This document shows positions 26,234 through 35,010 of a DNA stretch of 57,385 bases, in pieces. The stretch is from Deltaproteobacteria bacterium GWF2_42_12 (lineage in GTDB: Bacteria; Desulfobacterota; GWC2-55-46; UBA9637): assembly GCA_001797665.1 (NCBI GenBank), contig MGQA01000109.1, positions 1 to 57,385 on the forward strand. Direction: 5' to 3'. The number at the start of each line of letters is the position of its first letter. Within the stretch, counting starts at the first letter, position 1. The position numbers were made by a program, and so were the translations under genes. Below the pieces are notes generated by a model that was not told the DNA's origin, made no database searches, and worked only from the letters and a program-made list of their open reading frames with translations.

Positions 26234-27268
26234 CTACGCTTTATAACAAGCTACTAAATGCCCTTTTTTAATTTCTACCAACTCCGGCTCATGTTCTGTG
26301 CAGCCAAAATCTGCCTTTGGGCATCGGTCATAGAAAGTGCATCCGGCTGGAAGATTCAGAAGCCCCGGCACTGTTCCCGGGATTGTTTTCAAAAGACCCC
26401 TGCCTCCCATTTCCCCTTGTTTTGTAGGGGAGGGGCTTGTCCCCTCCAAAGGGGAGACCACAAGGGTCTCCCCTACGCTCTCCATTGTGGGCAGAGAGTT
26501 GAGAAGCCCGATAGTGTATGGGTGCATCGGTTCTGCAAATAAAGTTTTTGTATCCGTATACTCCACAATCTTGCCCGCATACATCACTGCAACATCATCT
26601 ACTGTCTCTGCAACAACGCCGAGGTCGTGGGTTATGAGAATCATAGCCATATCAAGCTGCTTTTGCAAACCTTGTATCAATTCCAGAATCTGCGCCTGAA
26701 TCGTGACATCAAGGGCTGTTGTAGGCTCGTCTGCTATCAAAATACTGGGATTGCACGAAAGCGCCATGGCAATCATGGCCCTCTGCCTCATGCCGCCGCT
26801 CATCTGGTGCGGATAGTCTTTTATCCTTTTTTCAGGCGAAGGGATGCCCACCAATCTCAGGGCATCTATGGTCTTTTCCATGACTTCATTTTTATGCAGA
26901 CTCTGGTGCAGGGTAATGGCTTCGGAAATCTGGTTGCCGATAGTCAGCACAGGATTGAGTGATGTCATGGGCTCCTGAAAAACCATTGCAATCTCAGCGC
27001 CCCGTATCTTCCGCATCTCATCTTCAGAAAGCTTTAGCAGGTCTTTCTCTTTATAAAAAACCTCCCCACGCACAATTCTTCCGGGAAAAGATACAAGTCT
27101 CATAAGGGAGAGCGCTGTAACGCTCTTTCCGCACCCGCTCTCTCCTACAAGACCGAGGGTCTGGCCTTTCTCAAGGCTAAAGCTCACCCCGCGCACAGCC
27201 TTTACCTCGCCTGCATCGGTAAAGAATGATGTGTGGAGGTCGGTTATTTTAAGTAAGGGGGTTGGCAT
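26234..27268 (-). CDS. oppD: oligopeptide/dipeptide ABC transporter ATP-binding protein
   Basis: Walker [10 protein letters not shown], signature [15 protein letters not shown], Walker [13 protein letters not shown] and C-terminal ..[11 protein letters not shown]. Carries a repeat-derived insertion. Confidence 0.85.
   Translation of the reverse strand: MPTPLLKITDLHTSFFTDAGEVKAVRGVSFSLEKGQTLGLVGESGCGKSVTALSLMRLVSFPGRIVRGEVFYKEKDLLKLSEDEMRKIRGAEIAMVFQEPMTSLNPVLTIGNQISEAITLHQSLHKNEVMEKTIDALRLVGIPSPEKRIKDYPHQMSGGMRQRAMIAMALSCNPSILIADEPTTALDVTIQAQILELIQGLQKQLDMAMILITHDLGVVAETVDDVAVMYAGKIVEYTDTKTLFAEPMHPYTIGLLNSLPTMESVGETLVVSPLEGTSPSPTKQGEMGGRGLLKTIPGTVPGLLNLPAGCTFYDRCPKADFGCTEHEPELVEIKKGHLVACYKA
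26395..26475. repeat. double-hairpin insertion inside oppD
   Basis: GGGGAGGGGCTTGTCCCCTCC (26427-26447) followed by GGGGAGACCACAAGGGTCTCCCC (26451-26473). The first hairpin recurs at 20521-20541 inside nnr. Translated as ..[24 protein letters not shown].. Confidence 0.65.
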
Positions 27269-27274
27269 AGTGTT

Positions 27275-30200
27275 TTACTGGTGAAATTCAATAATCTCTT
27301 TTTCAATACCAGGATATACGTTGTCTATCTGAGCCTGAATCTCTATTGTTTTCTTCAGGACAGCAACTATCCCGCAGTAATGTTTTATATCATCAAGAGA
27401 CAGCACCCTGTCTTTCCTATCCTTGAGCCATTTATCCAGAACCTGATAACCGCCGATCCGGTATTCCCAGACCTCCGGCAGTATGCCTTCAAAATACTGT
27501 TCCTTGTTTATAAAGAGATTGCCTTTTTCGTATTTCAGCTTCTCAACTTTATCATTCCCCTTGCCCTGGAATTTTGCAACCGGAGTATCAATCTCCGATG
27601 TCTTTAAAAGATGCAACTCAATAAGCCTTTCCCCATAGCCAGCCATCTTCTTAAAGAGTTTATAATCCTTTGTAAAGGGAATCCTTGGAAAATCTATCTT
27701 TAAGAACTCTGCGTATTTTGTGCGGTAGGTGTTTGAATAAAGGATAGCATAGATATAATAGAAGATTTGCTCTGGGGTAATGTATTGTTTGTCATTCCCG
27801 TGAAAACGGGAATCCATATCCTTTTCTCTGGATTCCTGCTTCCGCAGGAATGACGAATCATGAATAAATGATTTTTTATACTCTTTCGTCAATTTCTCCA
27901 CCAATGCAGGAGAGAGATTTGGCTTCTTTGCCGTATATTCTGCCTGCGGCTCAAAGAGCATCATGGTGCTGCCAAAAGAGCGTTTTTTAGGTTTGTCTTT
28001 TTGCTGGTAAAGGTAGAGGGGGAAAATGTAGCCTGTTTCCCTGGTCTTGAGTGAAACGAAACACATATCTGCAACCTTCTTGGTTACAAAAGCGTGTAAA
28101 AAGTCCATAGTGGATAATTGCCTTGTTACACAAATTCCAAGGTTGTCCTCAAAAAAGTTTTTCATCAAACCCCATCGGTCACATCCTCTGTCAATTAAAT
28201 CTTGGATATAGCAAATCTGCCTATCATCAAAGGGGCGATAAGAGTAAGGTCTTATGTATTCTTTCCAGTCTATTTTCTTTAGGCTCTCTCTTGCAGTTTT
28301 TAATTTCCAATCTCTTGTGTCTTTTAAGTTTAAACTCTGGGCAGCAAGTTCATCAGGCAGATTGCTGACAAAAGTTCGCATTTTTTGTTTGACCTCCTCT
28401 TCTGTGAAGCCTACTAAAAAATGGTCACGATGAGTTTTCACCCCGCTTGAAGACTGAATGAATATGCCTTGAATGGGAATAAATTTTTTATATTTTGCTT
28501 GTTCTGAAAAATCCTTTTTAACAAAGAAATAATAAGGCTCGGTCGGTTGCAACTTAAACCATTTTGTTGAATCAGTAGCATACTTATTTAGATATTCATG
28601 TTTCTTTTCCCGAATGCCATAGACATCCTGATAGAAAACTTTGCCATGACCTTTCTGTTTTTTATCTTTAACAAAGATAGCAATCGAAACCCCTTGCTGA
28701 ATATCAAAGACATTTTCATCCTTGCTTCCATCAGAACATCTTTCGCCAATGCGACTGTTTCCATGAATGTTGAGAATATAAATCTCATTAAAACTTTCCA
28801 ACAAGCGCTTACGCATGCCTCGGTGAATTAATCCTGAAAGATAGGAGTTGTTAGTAATCATCCCGATAATACCTGTGCCGGCATTATCTATTTTCCAGTG
28901 CGCAAATCGGATGAATTTAATGTAATCATCAGACAAAGGCTGGATGTTTCTTTCGTCACGAACATCTTCTTTATATACGTCCATTTCTTTTTCTATAAAC
29001 TTTGATTTATTTGCAGAACTAACTGAATACGGCGGGTTGCCGAGGATGACCAAAATAGGCTGCTCCTTTTTGATTTTGCCTGCAAGATGGGATTCTTCTG
29101 AAAGAGATGCCATGCCGGGAAGTTCAGTCTGCGAGAGCTCTTCCATCTCAAGGGTATTGGTGAGATAGAGTTTGAACCTGTCATCCCCCTGCAATCCGTA
29201 ACCCAACTCTTCAAGAAGAAAAGACATCTTTAAATGACCAATAGCATAAGGCGCCATCATAAGTTCAAAGGCGTAGAAGTTTTTAAGGATATGCTCTTTA
29301 ATAAAACCTGTCTTCTTTCCTTCTCCGTATTTTGATGTCCACTCCTCCATTGCCAGCTTCGCAGCCTCTGCCAAAAATGTGAGCGTCCCCGCAGCAGGGT
29401 CTAACACAGTAACTGACTGATTTGCGAAGCCGTCCTTTTTATTGAAATACTCTTTTAAGATATGATGAAGGGAGCGAACGATGTATGAGACCACAGGCTC
29501 CGGCGTGTAATATACGCCTCTCTTTTCCCGTGTCTTTGGGTCGTATTCAGCAAGAAATGTCTCATAAAAATGGACAATGGGGTCTTTGCCTTTATGTTTG
29601 TTAAAATACTCATCAAGTATCTTATAAACATTTGTTGTAGCCAGAACATCTGATATGTCATCAATAATCCATTCCATCTGCCGGGGCAAATCGCCCAACG
29701 AGATGAATCTGAATACATCTCTTAATATGCCTATTGTCCGGGGAATCTTATCGTATGCGAGTTTTCTGTTAAAACCGTTTTCTGTGCGGGTTCTGGCAGC
29801 AAAGAGACCGTAGGCGATAGTTTGCGAATAAAGGTCTGCAAAGTCCTCCTTTGTCAGCCCGCTTATAAGGTGCTCTTTAAACGCCTTATAAAAACCGAGA
29901 ATGTTCCCTTTCCCCTTTTTTTCTTCTTCTTCCAACTCCTGTGCAATCACCTCATCCTTTAAAAAGCGAGTCCTCTTTGCAAGCTCTATTGCTAATGCTT
30001 TGGCATCATAGACCTTTGGCAAAGAAAAAGAGAGGAATTTTTCCAATAGATTACAAAAATCCTTTTCTTTCTCAACCGGCGGGACGGTCTTGAGTTTGTG
30101 AATGACATACGGCCGCGCAATCTGGGCTTTATCAATTAACTGGCCATTGCGGTAAAGTCTGAATTCAAAAAAATTAGTTAATATGAGGTTGGGAAAGGTA

Positions 30201-30523
30201 TGAAGGTAACGTTTTAACTGCTCGGTTTCTTCTATCTGGTCCAAATATTCAACCCCCCGATATCCCCCCTTATCAAGGGGGGAAGTAAAGGGGGGTGTCT
30301 TTGCCTCAATATATCCTACTATCTGCTGTTTTCCATCCCATATTCTGAAATCAGGGTTGCCGGCATCGGTTTTTTTAGGCAGGGTTGTAATGTCTACATT
30401 TTCCCTGTTTATTGAGTCAGCATAATTTGTTAAAAGCTCCTCAAGGCACGAATAGTAGCTCTCTTCCCTTGCATCGCCTCTATTTGCAATATCAGATATG
30501 CGTTTAAGATATGATTTCAGCAT
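27275..30523 (-). CDS. fused endonuclease / N6-adenine DNA methyltransferase / target-recognition enzyme (type IIG, MmeI- or type ISP-like), paralog 2, embedded in the opp operon
   Basis: 1082 aa. N-terminal NPDF..x..GYIEAK (PD-ExK-like). Motif I VLDPAAGTLTF. Motif IV ILGNPPY. C-terminal IFYYIYAILYSNTYRTKYAEFLKIDFPRIPF. Collinear with the 1174-4251 protein block by block but strongly diverged. Confidence 0.8.
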   Translation of the reverse strand: MLKSYLKRISDIANRGDAREESYYSCLEELLTNYADSINRENVDITTLPKKTDAGNPDFRIWDGKQQIVGYIEAKTPPFTSPLDKGGYRGVEYLDQIEETEQLKRYLHTFPNLILTNFFEFRLYRNGQLIDKAQIARPYVIHKLKTVPPVEKEKDFCNLLEKFLSFSLPKVYDAKALAIELAKRTRFLKDEVIAQELEEEEKKGKGNILGFYKAFKEHLISGLTKEDFADLYSQTIAYGLFAARTRTENGFNRKLAYDKIPRTIGILRDVFRFISLGDLPRQMEWIIDDISDVLATTNVYKILDEYFNKHKGKDPIVHFYETFLAEYDPKTREKRGVYYTPEPVVSYIVRSLHHILKEYFNKKDGFANQSVTVLDPAAGTLTFLAEAAKLAMEEWTSKYGEGKKTGFIKEHILKNFYAFELMMAPYAIGHLKMSFLLEELGYGLQGDDRFKLYLTNTLEMEELSQTELPGMASLSEESHLAGKIKKEQPILVILGNPPYSVSSANKSKFIEKEMDVYKEDVRDERNIQPLSDDYIKFIRFAHWKIDNAGTGIIGMITNNSYLSGLIHRGMRKRLLESFNEIYILNIHGNSRIGERCSDGSKDENVFDIQQGVSIAIFVKDKKQKGHGKVFYQDVYGIREKKHEYLNKYATDSTKWFKLQPTEPYYFFVKKDFSEQAKYKKFIPIQGIFIQSSSGVKTHRDHFLVGFTEEEVKQKMRTFVSNLPDELAAQSLNLKDTRDWKLKTARESLKKIDWKEYIRPYSYRPFDDRQICYIQDLIDRGCDRWGLMKNFFEDNLGICVTRQLSTMDFLHAFVTKKVADMCFVSLKTRETGYIFPLYLYQQKDKPKKRSFGSTMMLFEPQAEYTAKKPNLSPALVEKLTKEYKKSFIHDSSFLRKQESREKDMDSRFHGNDKQYITPEQIFYYIYAILYSNTYRTKYAEFLKIDFPRIPFTKDYKLFKKMAGYGERLIELHLLKTSEIDTPVAKFQGKGNDKVEKLKYEKGNLFINKEQYFEGILPEVWEYRIGGYQVLDKWLKDRKDRVLSLDDIKHYCGIVAVLKKTIEIQAQIDNVYPGIEKEIIEFHQ
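27791..27854. repeat. GTCATT...AATGAC palindromic element, copy 3, in-frame inside RM paralog 2
   Basis: GTCATTCCCGTGAAAACGGGAATCC-atatccttttctct-GGATTCCTGCTTCCGCAGGAATGAC, two hairpins. Translated as SSFLRKQESREKDMDSRFHGNDK. Confidence 0.7.
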
Positions 30524-30526
30524 GAA

Positions 30527-31375
30527 TTATATCTTCAACCTCGGGTCTATAGAATCCCGTATCCCCTCGCCTAAAAGATTATATGCCAGCACTGTTACAA
30601 ATATGGCAAGACCGGGAAATACTGAAATCCACCAGGCAATCTCAATATTGTCTTTTCCAATGGTTAAGATATTCCCCCAGCTTGCAGTTGGTGGCTGGAC
30701 GCCAATGCCAAGAAAGCTCAATGCTGATTCAATAAGCACTGCGCCTGCAATTCCCAACACCGCTGACACAAGCACAGGGGACATGGCATTGGGCAGGATA
30801 TGTCTGAAGATTATCCTAAAGTCGCTCGCACCCAATGCCCTTGCTGCAAGGACAAACTCCCTTTCTTTCAAAGACAAAAACTCTGCCCTCACAAGCCTCG
30901 CAACACCCATCCATGATGTTACGCCTATGACAATCATTATATTCCATATGCTCGGTTCAAGGAATGCAATGACTGCAAGGATTAAGAAGAAGGTTGGAAT
31001 TGCAAGCATGATGTCAACAAAACGCATACTTATCCTGTCAACCCAACCGCCATAATAGCCTGACAATGCGCCAAAGATTATGCCGATGATTGTGGCAATG
31101 CCGACGGCAACAAACCCAACTTGCAGAGAAATCCATGACCCATGTATGACACGGCTTAAGATGTCTCTCCCAAGATCGTCCGTCCCGAATGGGTGCTTTG
31201 AACTTGGCGGCTCAAGCACATGCTTGACATCTATCGCACTCGGGTCATACGGCGCAATCAAGGGTGCCAAGACAGCAATAGCAAAAAGCAAAAACACAAT
31301 AATCCCGCCGATAACCGCAAGCCGGTTCTTTTTAAATCTATGCCAGAAGAGAGTTTTTAAAGTTGGTTGACCCAT
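30527..31375 (-). CDS. oppC: oligopeptide ABC transporter permease
   Basis: Six TM segments, BPD-transporter EAA-like region (..EFVLAARALGASDFRIIFRHILPN..). Start set at MGQPTLKTLFWHRF. The longer ORF reads into the upstream repeat. Confidence 0.85.
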   Translation of the reverse strand: MGQPTLKTLFWHRFKKNRLAVIGGIIVFLLFAIAVLAPLIAPYDPSAIDVKHVLEPPSSKHPFGTDDLGRDILSRVIHGSWISLQVGFVAVGIATIIGIIFGALSGYYGGWVDRISMRFVDIMLAIPTFFLILAVIAFLEPSIWNIMIVIGVTSWMGVARLVRAEFLSLKEREFVLAARALGASDFRIIFRHILPNAMSPVLVSAVLGIAGAVLIESALSFLGIGVQPPTASWGNILTIGKDNIEIAWWISVFPGLAIFVTVLAYNLLGEGIRDSIDPRLKI

Positions 31376-31389
31376 ATAATTAAATAAAC

Positions 31390-31545
31390 GGGAGAGTGGG
31401 GGAAACGGGGAAACGGAGAATATGAAAAACACGAATCGGGGAATCGGAGAATGGGGGAATGGGAGAAAGATTTTTCCCCGTTTCTCCGTTTCTCCCGCTC
31501 TCCGATTCTATCCTTTGTCTCCCATTCGCCGATTCTCCGATTCGT
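31390..31545. repeat. palindromic array of octamer repeats in the oppB-oppC spacer
   Basis: G-rich arm GGGGAAAC GGGGAAAC ... GAATCGGG GAATCGGA GAATGGGG GAATGGGA. C-rich arm CCCCGTTTC TCCGTTTC ... GCCGATTC TCCGATTC. Confidence 0.6.
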
Positions 31546-31552
31546 ATTTCCT

Positions 31553-32527
31553 TTATCTTGCCCTAATCCTCGGATCCGCCAGCGCATACCCAATATCTGC
31601 CAGTAAATTGCCAAGCAAGGTCAATATTGCGCCGATGGTCAATATGCCCATTATCACAGGATAATCCCTCATCATCACAGACTGAAAAAAGAGCTGACCC
31701 ATGCCTGGGATGCTGAAAATATTCTCAAAGATTACACTCCCGCCGATCAACCCCGGAATAGACAAGCCAAGTATTGTTATCACTGGAAGCAGGGCGTTTC
31801 TCAAGGCATGTTTATATATAACCTTCTTTTCAGGAAGCCCTTTTGCCCTTGCAGTTGTTATATAATCCTGCCGTATCACCTCCAGCATATTGCTCCTCAT
31901 GTATCTTGAAAGCCCTGCAAGCCCGCCAAATGCCTCAATGGTAACAGGAAGAATCAGATGGCTGACATTGTCCCAAATCTTATTAAGTGTTGAAAAGTTC
32001 TCATAACCAAGGGATTTTAGCCCTGATATAGGAAGCCAGTGCAGGTTGACGCCAAAGAGTATCATTAAAAGCAGCGCAAGCCAGAATGTTGGAATGGCAA
32101 AGCCAATAAAAACAATAACGGTAGTAATCTTATCGTAGAGAGAATACGGTCTGACAGCAGAAGACACCCCTATCGGAATAGCAATCATAAATATTAAAAT
32201 AAGGGCAAGGCTGTTAATGAGGATAGTAATTGGAAGTCTTTCTTTAACTTTTGTCCATACCGGCCTTCTATCCGTTGAGAAAGAATCTCCAAAATCAAGC
32301 TTTACAACCCTTTTAAGCCACATCCAGTACTGCTCATGAATGGGCTTGTCAAGACCATAGTATTTCTCAAGCCTCTCCCTTGCCTCAGGCGTCATCTTTG
32401 GATTAAGGTCTGCTAAAATATCTGTTGGCTTGCCCGGTGCAAGGTGGATGATTAAGAAAGAGATAATGGTAATCCCGATAAGCGTCGGAATCATCTCAAG
32501 GAGTCTTTTAAATAGGTAGATTAGCAT
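31553..32527 (-). CDS. oppB: oligopeptide ABC transporter permease
   Basis: [25 protein letters not shown]-terminus is typical of OppB/DppB. Six TM segments. ..[28 protein letters not shown].. EAA loop. Confidence 0.85.
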   Translation of the reverse strand: MLIYLFKRLLEMIPTLIGITIISFLIIHLAPGKPTDILADLNPKMTPEARERLEKYYGLDKPIHEQYWMWLKRVVKLDFGDSFSTDRRPVWTKVKERLPITILINSLALILIFMIAIPIGVSSAVRPYSLYDKITTVIVFIGFAIPTFWLALLLMILFGVNLHWLPISGLKSLGYENFSTLNKIWDNVSHLILPVTIEAFGGLAGLSRYMRSNMLEVIRQDYITTARAKGLPEKKVIYKHALRNALLPVITILGLSIPGLIGGSVIFENIFSIPGMGQLFFQSVMMRDYPVIMGILTIGAILTLLGNLLADIGYALADPRIRAR

Positions 32528-32537
32528 ATGCAAACAA

Positions 32538-32653
32538 TGTCAAATGTCAAAGCTCAAAATTCAAATGAAATTTAAAGCTTAAAGTTCAAATTAATTTACA
32601 TTTGGTTTTTAGTTTTGACATTCATTTGATATTTGGATTTTGACATTTGGATT
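32538..32653. repeat. palindromic array of AT-rich heptamers in the oppA-oppB spacer
   Basis: GTCAAAT GTCAAAG CTCAAAA TTCAAAT ... faces CATTTGA TATTTGG ATTTTGA CATTTGG. Confidence 0.55.
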
Positions 32654-34380
32654 TATTTTGTCATTTTATGCCTTTGCTGTTCTTTTGGCACATACCACTT
32701 GTTAACGTTATAACCCATGCCTATAAGCGGCGCCGGGTCTATGCCCTTAAATCGCGCATGGACAATAGGCGTTGCATCAGGCACATAGAGAAATATGTAC
32801 GGAACTTCGTCTGCGAGTATCTCCTGAATTCTAAAATATGCCTTTTTCCTTTCTTCTATATTATATGTCCTTCTCCCCTTTTCTAAAAGTTCATCCACCT
32901 CCGGATTATTATAGCTTACAAAGTTAAATTCCTTTTCTTTCATCTTGCTGCTGTGCCATATATCATACTGGTCCGGATCAAGTCCGAGGCTCCATCCAAG
33001 AATGATTGCCTCAAACCTTCGCTTATCAATAAATTCATTTATAAATGTAGACCACTCGAGTGTCCGCACCTTTACATTTATTCCAATCATTCTAAGCTGC
33101 CACTGGATAATCGTTGCTACATTTATACGCACCGTGTTCCCCTGATTTGTAAGGATGGTAAACTCAAACGGCCTTCCGTCTTTATCCAGAATACCATCTC
33201 GGTCTGTATCTCTCCACCCTGCCTCAGCAAGAAGCTCCTTTGCCTTTTCTGGATTATATTCATATTTTTTTACATTCTGATTATATGCCCATGTATTCGG
33301 CACATAGGAGCCTGTGGCTGGTGACCCAAGGCCGAACAAGACGCCATCAACTATCTCTTGCTTGTTTATCGCATACGCCATAGCCTGCCTCACCTTCTTA
33401 TCGCTAAACCAAGGATGTTTTTCTAAACACCTTGCCGAGGCTTTATCCCATCGCAGACAAAGATTAAATCCCATATATGTATAGACAGGCGCAGGATATC
33501 GGTATTTTCTAAAGTTTTTTTCAAAATAAGGGTTATTCGTCTGTTTTGTATACTGGATTGGCGTAAGCCCCATCCAGTCTATGCCGCCTGACTTAAGCTC
33601 AAGAAACATTGTCGCAGGATCAGGTATTACACGGTATACATATTTATCTATATATGGTCTGCCCTCAAAATAGCCCGGATTTGTCTCAAGCACAACTTCC
33701 TGTCCAGGTGTCCATTTTACAAATTTGAACGGGCCCATGCCTATTGGGTATCTCCCCAGCTCACTCTTTGTTATATCTTTTCCTTCAAGGAGGTGCTTTG
33801 GGAGGACAGTGAGGTTTCCCCAACTGCTGAGCGCCGGGGCAAACGGCTGTTTATATGTAACCCTGAATGTATATTTATCTAAGGCCTCTGCCATTTTGAC
33901 CTGCCTGTAATCCTCTGAATATGCTGTTGGAGTTTTCTCATCTACGATAGTCTTGTAGCCAAACATCACATCTTCAGCAGTAAATTCAACTCCATCAGTC
34001 CATTTGACGCCTTTTCGCAGATGAAATGTAATTATAAGGCCGTCTTTGGATATATCCCACGACTGCGCCAAATCGCCAATAATGCTTAAATCTTTATCGT
34101 ATTTGACAAGGCCATTAAAGACGAGGCTTGCTACATTGTGGGATGCAGCGTCGCCTGCAAGCATGGGAATGAGAATGCTTGGCTCGCCGATTGTGCCTTC
34201 AACAAGGGTGTCGCCGTAAGCAGGGCCTGTGTCGTAATTTATAACCTGTTCTGCGTCTGCCTCTTTGTCTATTTTTGTGCAACCGCCGGTAAAAATCAGA
34301 AGTAGGGTAAGAAATGGTATTGTATATTTGAGATTTGAGTCCGCCTTAGGCGGATGGGATTTGAGACTGCTCAGGCGCAT
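32653..34380 (-). CDS. oppA: ABC transporter substrate-binding lipoprotein, family 5 (oligopeptide-binding)
   Basis: 575 aa. Lipobox LLIFTGGC. SBP_bac_5 layout (..FHLRKGVKWTDGVEFTAEDV.., ..GWSLGLDPD..). Confidence 0.85.
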   Translation of the reverse strand: MRLSSLKSHPPKADSNLKYTIPFLTLLLIFTGGCTKIDKEADAEQVINYDTGPAYGDTLVEGTIGEPSILIPMLAGDAASHNVASLVFNGLVKYDKDLSIIGDLAQSWDISKDGLIITFHLRKGVKWTDGVEFTAEDVMFGYKTIVDEKTPTAYSEDYRQVKMAEALDKYTFRVTYKQPFAPALSSWGNLTVLPKHLLEGKDITKSELGRYPIGMGPFKFVKWTPGQEVVLETNPGYFEGRPYIDKYVYRVIPDPATMFLELKSGGIDWMGLTPIQYTKQTNNPYFEKNFRKYRYPAPVYTYMGFNLCLRWDKASARCLEKHPWFSDKKVRQAMAYAINKQEIVDGVLFGLGSPATGSYVPNTWAYNQNVKKYEYNPEKAKELLAEAGWRDTDRDGILDKDGRPFEFTILTNQGNTVRINVATIIQWQLRMIGINVKVRTLEWSTFINEFIDKRRFEAIILGWSLGLDPDQYDIWHSSKMKEKEFNFVSYNNPEVDELLEKGRRTYNIEERKKAYFRIQEILADEVPYIFLYVPDATPIVHARFKGIDPAPLIGMGYNVNKWYVPKEQQRHKMTK

Positions 34381-34550
34381 GATGGCCTAAAATAACTCAA
34401 TTATGTTATTTTTGCAAGATGATTGAAGTCCAGTAAAATAGAGATTAAAAACCTCGCTATTTTACAAACCTGCGATTTGCCCGCCATACTTCGTTATCGG
34501 CGCATCCCTGATAAAAGCACTCAGGGACATGTTTTTGCTCCTCGCCGTAT

Positions 34551-34681
34551 CCTCCCCCTGTCCCCCTGTGAAAAGGGGGATAAAGGGGGAGGGCTCGTCG
34601 CAAAAATAGCCTCTGTCCCCGATTGAATCTATCGGGGACAACTTGCAGGTTTCCCCAAAAATCAAACGCTATTTTTTGGGG
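34551..34681. repeat. cluster of three hairpin repeats upstream of oppA
   Basis: CCTCCCCCTGTCCCCCTGTGAAAAGGGGGATAAAGGGGGAGG (34551-34592). GTCCCCGAT-tgaatct-ATCGGGGAC (34615-34638). CCCCAAAAATCAAACGCTATTTTTTGGGG (34653-34681, third member of the 6662/20829 family). Confidence 0.6.
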
Positions 34682-34691
34682 TCTGGAAAAT

Positions 34692-34728
34692 AAAAAACCC
34701 TGTGTGTTTAAACACACAGGGTTTTTTT
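34692..34728 (-). terminator. rho-independent terminator downstream of rpoZ (structurally bidirectional)
   Basis: AAAAAACCCTGTGTGTTT|AAACACACAGGGTTTTTTT. A perfect 13-bp stem flanked by A and T runs. Confidence 0.8.
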
Positions 34729-34746
34729 GGTAACACTTGTCTATTT

Positions 34747-34971
34747 TCAGTCATTCGATTTATGTCTTTTTTTGACAATCGCCTTTGACTCCTCATAGGT
34801 AATCTTGCCTGCTGCTATCTCTCTTAATGCTGTCACAATAGCCCTGTTATCCGAATCTACAAATGGTTTTGCGCCCTTTAGTAATTCCTTAGCCCTTTGT
34901 GATGAGAGTACCACAAGCGAAAACCTGTTCGGCACCCTTGCAAGGCAATCTTCAACTGTTATTCTTGCCAT
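34747..34971 (-). CDS. rpoZ: DNA-directed RNA polymerase subunit omega
   Basis: [30 protein letters not shown] is the canonical RpoZ N-terminus. Confidence 0.85.
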   Translation of the reverse strand: MARITVEDCLARVPNRFSLVVLSSQRAKELLKGAKPFVDSDNRAIVTALREIAAGKITYEESKAIVKKRHKSND

Positions 34972-35010
34972 TTAAATACCTCCTTAATAAATACATTTTT
35001 TGTCCATTTA

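Noticed and set aside
29916-29922. T7/A7 homopolymer in RM paralog 2 as a phase-variation tract (phasevarion).
   Set aside because: Seven residues is short for efficient slippage and is common by chance in AT-rich DNA. Noted only; the heptamer arrays are stronger candidates.
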